DNA of 64,000 bases from the NCBI GenBank assembly GCA_050273025.1, contig CP158635.1, forward strand, positions 12,772,001-12,836,000. The letters are read 5' to 3'. The notes under the pieces were generated by a model that searched no databases, was not told where the DNA came from, and worked only from the letters and a program-made list of their open reading frames with translations. The DNA is from Cenococcum geophilum (Eukaryota). How positions within the stretch are numbered: the first letter of the stretch is position 1; every line of letters starts with the position of its first letter. Both the position numbers and the translations under genes were made by a program. Below, piece after piece: positions 59,607 to 64,000 of the stretch.

Positions 59607-60307
59607 TAAAACATTCTCTATTTACGGCTTATATTCTTTATTTATTGGTTCCTAAGGGTATATAGGATTAAGTGGCGTTAAGGTCTATAGGGTTATATAT
59701 AGGGCTTTTAGGTCTTAAAGACGGATCGCGCTTTAGGGTATATATTGGTTTTATAGAGTTTTAAATATAAGGTGTAGTTGGCTTTAGAGAACGGGTCTAC
59801 TTATTATATTAGAGGTCTTTATTAATTCATTAATATATTATAGCAAATTTAGGTAAGTTTTTTAGCAGTTCTCTACCTACTAACTATACTCTAATTTTAT
59901 CCGAGATAGCTTAACAGAGAGTAGTAACTCTAGCGGCTTTATTTTAATCTAGTTTACTAATAAGGCCTAAAAATTCTAAAAAGAAGCTAGTAAAGTCTTG
60001 GTTCCATTATTATAGGTTTTTAAGTTTAGTAACAGCTATATATTCGCAGCTAGTATTATTATATATTTATTCTAATAAAGAGATAAAGATTTTAAAATTA
60101 ACGAAGGTGCTATTATAGAAGAATAGGTCCATAGTTTATACAGCGTCTTTACTTAAATAAGACATTCTATAGCTAATCTTGCTAGCTTTAGTAGGGTATC
60201 GGTTATAGTTTACTAAAAGTTTAAAACGGAGCTTAGTTATAAAGGGATGTAGGTTATTTTAATTTCTATTAAATATTAGAGGGTTAAGAAGCCTTTTAGA
60301 TTTCGCG

Positions 60308-60785
60308 CGTTAGGAAAAAATTTACTAGCATTTAGCGAGCACCTCACTGCACTTCGCCGCACTTCGCCGCATTAAAAACAGACCATAGGCATTAAGTAGT
60401 ATCTAGACAGCTATATATTATATATTATAAAAAAAAATTTATATTTAGATAGCGTATTAGATATAGTATATTATGTAATTTTTATATACATTACTTATAA
60501 ATTACAGAAGTTATTTAACTTTTAATAAAATATTGAAAAAATGCAAAAAAAAATTTTATACTTTATTAAAAGTTAAATAACTTCTGTAATTTATAAGTAA
60601 TATATATAAAAAATTACATAATATACTATATCTAATGTGCTATCTAAATATAAATTTTTTTTTTATAATATATAATATATAGCTGTCTAGATGCTGCTTA
60701 ATGCCTATGGTCTATTTTTAATGCGGCGAAGTGCGGCGAAGTGTAGCGAGGTGCTCGCTAAATGCTAGTAAATTTTTTCCTAACG
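60308..60785. mobile_element. Foldback/MITE-like element: ~227-bp inverted arms with 24-bp spacer
   Basis: CGTTAGGAAAAAATTTACTAGC... (60308-60533) mirrors ...GCTAGTAAATTTTTTCCTAACG (60558-60785). Inserted in gag of D; the host frame is restored with a 2-bp CG duplication. Confidence 0.88.
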
Positions 60786-61126
60786 CGGTAGGTACTAGGT
60801 TTATTATAGGTATAGATTAAGCTATTAGTACTAATTTAGGGTTTATATTCGGTGGGTTAGGTTTATATATAGTTATTTTAATTTCATTTACAGGTGTTAC
60901 TATTAGGGTCTCTAGCGCGAGTACTTTAGCGTTATAAAGTTCTTATATATATTGCTTTAATTAATTACTAATACTAAGCTTTTAGTATAGTTTATTACTA
61001 GGCCAAGGCATCTATAAAGAACTGTTATATTATTGTTATTTATTCCCTAACTAGGGCTATAATAGTTAACGTGGCGGATTTAAGTTTATTTACTATTTTA
61101 AGGGTATTAGTATTAATATAACGTAA

Positions 61127-61431
61127 TAAAAGGGCGCGGAGAGACTTTAGGGAAGATTTAAAGGAATAATATAAATTTTATCTAAATCTAAGGGTATATA
61201 GCTCTCGCTAAGAATAAGACGTTACGTAAAAAAGAGAAGGGAATAACAAGAGAATTATATAATTAAATAGTTAGGGGCTTAGTAGTCGATGCGTGCGCAT
61301 ATACGCACGCGGTCTTTAATGGACTTTAGTAAAAGTTAATCAAGCTAGCAGAATTCGGTCAAAGCGTCGGAATTTATCTGTCGAGTGTTTTACTAAGACA
61401 TTCCTACTATAACTAGGCTAGTCCCATTATA
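61127..61431 (-). repeat. 5' LTR of element D
   Basis: Direct repeat of 29844-30148, followed by TSD GTTAA. Confidence 0.9.
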
Positions 61432-62320
61432 GTTAACAAATGTTAAACTTATAGAGACGTATCTATAACGCCTACGCCTTACACATAAGGCAGCGGCGGC
61501 GTCAATAATGCACGCCTAATAGCTTTAGGTAAAATACTACAATCGTCACCATCTGGCTAAGCATTTCGCCGTTAGTAAATAAGTCCTACTCTCTTCCAAG
61601 AACATCCGCACGAAACGTCTATATAAAAAGCTTAACTACAAGTTTATAGGACCATTTTAGATCCTAAAGCGTGTAGGGCAGCAAGTATATAAGCTAGAGC
61701 TTCTACCTACTATAGCACAGCTCTACCTAGTCTTTTATATCTCCCTACTAGAGCCTTATAGGTCACGCCCTAGGTTTTAACCCCTAGCAGTAAAAGAGCT
61801 TAAGGAAGGCAGCTAGGAAGTAGAAGCAATTATCGCCTACTAAGATCGTGCTAAACAACCATAGTACCTTATTAAATAGCTAGGATGGCTAAATAAGTAT
61901 AACAAATGGAAATATAAGACAGAACTTAAGAATTGATAATAACTACTAGATAAGTACCGTAAGCGAAATACCCTAGCCTTATAGCCAAAGCGTAGGCGAA
62001 AAGTAAGCGCCGCTATTAAAATATAACCTATATTAAAGCGGAACAGAGGACGTTTAAAGGGATTAAAGAATAAGTAACAATTGCTATAATTTACAGGCGA
62101 GGCCACGGCGTATACTGGCAATAAAGCTTAATTTAGAAAGCACCCTTCCTAGACCTAGTCTGTTACTCTATACCAGCTAAGCAGATTATTTATATATTAG
62201 AGAACAGGCCCGTTTATAACTAGGGTTTATTTAACTAGAGTTTATAACCTACTAGTGACCCACTAGTAGTAACCTATACTAATAACTTATACTATTCCAC
62301 GTATATACTACGTAAATAAC

Positions 62321-62537
62321 GCATAAGGCTAAAATATGGGTTAGTGGCGGATCTAATAGGTATATAGCCTTACCGTCCTAATCTAGCTATATATAAATAA
62401 CCTATAACCTACCCACAAAGTATATACGGCGCTACGCCGGTATAGCATAAGGCTAAAGCAGGGTTAGTAGCGGATTTAATAGGTATATAGCCTTACCGTC
62501 TACAAATCTGGCTGTATATAAATAACCTATAACCTAC
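62321..62537 (+). repeat. Direct repeat (~92-bp units, ~124-bp period) in 3' non-coding region of C
   Basis: GCATAAGGCTAAA...GGGTTAGTRGCGGAT...AAATAACCTATAACCTAC at 62321-62412 and ~62445-62537. Confidence 0.8.
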
Positions 62538-62926
62538 TCGCGAGGTACTAGCGACCTACCTATATAAATAAGCTTTGGAATATTTCTGGTCTACTAAATT
62601 TAGGCAACAGTATTAAGCTCTACTAGCTTTACCTATTAAATGGACTAATTAGGATTTTCTATACTAGGTATATAAAATCGCTACTAGCTTAGTTAAATGC
62701 GGGGGAGTCTTAGCAAGGCTAATCTAACTAATTAGACAACTTTAGCCACCAGTTAAAGTTCCTTAATATCTTCGCGCCGCGTATATATACTACCTATCTC
62801 TCTATACGCAAAATCAAGACGCTCTTTCCCCTCCAAATTTTTTCCTTACTAAGGTTTTTTATGGGGTTTTATTAAGGCTTAAGTATATAAAGGATCGGGG
62901 ACAACCCTTTTTAAAGGGGGGGGCAT

Positions 62927-63151
62927 TGTCAGGTAAAACCTAAGTAGATAGTTATATAGCCGCAAGGTATAGGCAACCCTAGGGCAACCTAGGGATGACT
63001 CGCCTATAAGGTACGTGCTCTATACATACCTAGGGAAAACCCTTTCTACCTCGCACACAGACTCCTCCTTTTCCCTTAAGGATTCGTCTCTGTCTATACA
63101 ATACACCTATTGTTCTATCATTGGACTCCCTATCTACATCCTTACCTTATA
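62927..63151 (+). repeat. 3' LTR of element C
   Basis: Direct repeat of 24731-24955, preceded by G-run PPT. Confidence 0.92.
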
Positions 63152-63827
63152 TGTTCTGCTTTAGCTAATATAGCTAGTATAGAAAGGATATTGGAGGCTT
63201 TACCTACTAGATAATTAGAATAAATAACATTAGAAAGAGAAGGTATACTTATAGTAATAAACCGTTCGAATTTATCCTCTATAGAGGCCCACTTAAGTTA
63301 ATCTGGATACTTCCATTACGTATAGGTGTTTATAATAAAATCTAGGTTAATTAGCTAATTCTTATCACTATTAATTAGCGTATACTTATATTCCTTCTGC
63401 TAAAGCCTTTAGGCAGATTTAACTACTTACTTAATTATACCTTTATTATAAAGTTCTAGTAGCCTCTAGTAATTATCTAGATACTGTTTTTAAAGCGTTA
63501 GATTAAGAAGTAAGGCGGCGGCGTACGCAGAAGTCTAATCTGTTAAATTGTAGTACTTATTAAAAGCAATCTATATAGTAAGTAGAGACGCTAAAAGATT
63601 TTGATTTAAGGCGTACTCTTCTTGCTTACTTTTAGCGTAATCTATAAGGAAATCTGTACTCTATAGAACCTTATTAAATATAGTTTAATCGCCTTTTATA
63701 GACTTTATAGCGTCTTTAAAAGGCTTTAAGATTGCGGCTATCTTACGGATAGTCTCCTACTCGTTATTACTGAGCTAATTCTTAGATAGATTTACGGAGT
63801 TCTTTTTAATAAGGCCAGCGGTAAATT

Positions 63828-63886
63828 GACACCCCCTAATTGATATGCGGACACCCCCCAATTGATACGCGGACACCCCCCACTGA
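63828..63886 (+). repeat. 22-bp tandem repeat (~2.7 copies), probably the terminal region of another DNA transposon running off the window
   Basis: GACACCCCCYAATTGATAYGCG repeated. It abruptly truncates the hAT #2 frame, and ATGCCTCA sits at the window edge. Confidence 0.6.
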
Positions 63887-64000
63887 TTGAGTTTAGTTCC
63901 TTCTTAATCAAGTTAGAATATCACGTGAATTTAAGTTGTTTGCATCCACATCGCGAAAATTAAATTGTTAAAACGTAACCCTTATGACCGTAATGCCTCA

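Larger units (their letters stand above)
29844..61431 (-). mobile_element. Ty3/Gypsy chromovirus D (~5.9 kb net) inserted in C
   Basis: 305-bp LTRs at 29844-30148 and 61127-61431. TSD GTCAA/GTTAA. PPT at ~30152-30162 on the minus strand. RT AYINNILIY ~32931-32957, FLIKWEGY chromodomain ~30652-30675. Gag zinc knuckle is split by H at 51655/59607. Confidence 0.92.
24731..63151 (+). mobile_element. Ty3/Gypsy chromovirus C (6828 bp net)
   Basis: 225-bp LTRs at 24731-24955 and 62927-63151. TSD TATTC/TGTTC. G-rich PPT ~62913-62923. [19 protein letters not shown] (ORF 27308) and YLDNILIY 27635. Integrase split at 29843/61437. Chromodomain EVEAII..YLIK*LGW ~61817-61890. Confidence 0.93.
24330..63820 (-). 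mobile_element. hAT element #2 (transposase remnants 63157-63820 and ~24620-24730), split by the 38-kb LTR nest; outer boundaries approximate
   Basis: Minus frame ...E*ETIRKIAAILKPFKDA...AFNKYYNLTD*TSAYAAALLLN...NILSILAILAKAE / YIFFSA*RIIL*ERLRL...KCLKSWL, a RIP version of DILSIPAMSAEAERVFS. Subterminal GATTAT/ATAATC repeats at ~24340-24410. Confidence 0.8.

Noticed and set aside
1..64000. Starship captain, tRNA/rRNA genes, centromere call
   Set aside because: No tyrosine-recombinase or structural RNA sequence was recognised, and AT-rich nested TEs alone do not identify a centromere.

Overview
Repeat-dominated, AT-rich window from a filamentous ascomycete genome, judged from spliceosomal introns, fungal TE families and pervasive RIP-type C>T/G>A mutation. 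Roughly 94% is nested, decayed transposons whose boundaries can be resolved from terminal repeats and target-site duplications (TSDs). There are three Tc1/IS630 (DD34E) elements, three hAT-type elements, six Ty3/Gypsy elements, two Ty1/Copia elements (one GalEa-like), a 478-bp foldback element and the start of one more element at the right edge. A 38-kb, six-layer nest sits inside one hAT gene. Only about 3.5 kb of unique, un-RIPed DNA remains (1549-1697, 17622-20774, ~24185-24330). It holds one intact three-exon APH/AIM9-like kinase gene (17722-19641) and a probable small pseudogene. The most unusual signals are four. (i) A pair of CCAAT-flanked palindromic modules is shared by the 3' non-coding regions of four unrelated LTR elements, in variable orientation. 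(ii) A 3.1-kb Tc1-type element has 157-bp TIRs and two convergent ORFs. (iii) One Gypsy element carries an antisense Zn2Cys6-like ORF. (iv) The foldback element has an apparent CG target duplication. All calls come from reading and hand-translation; no database searches were run.
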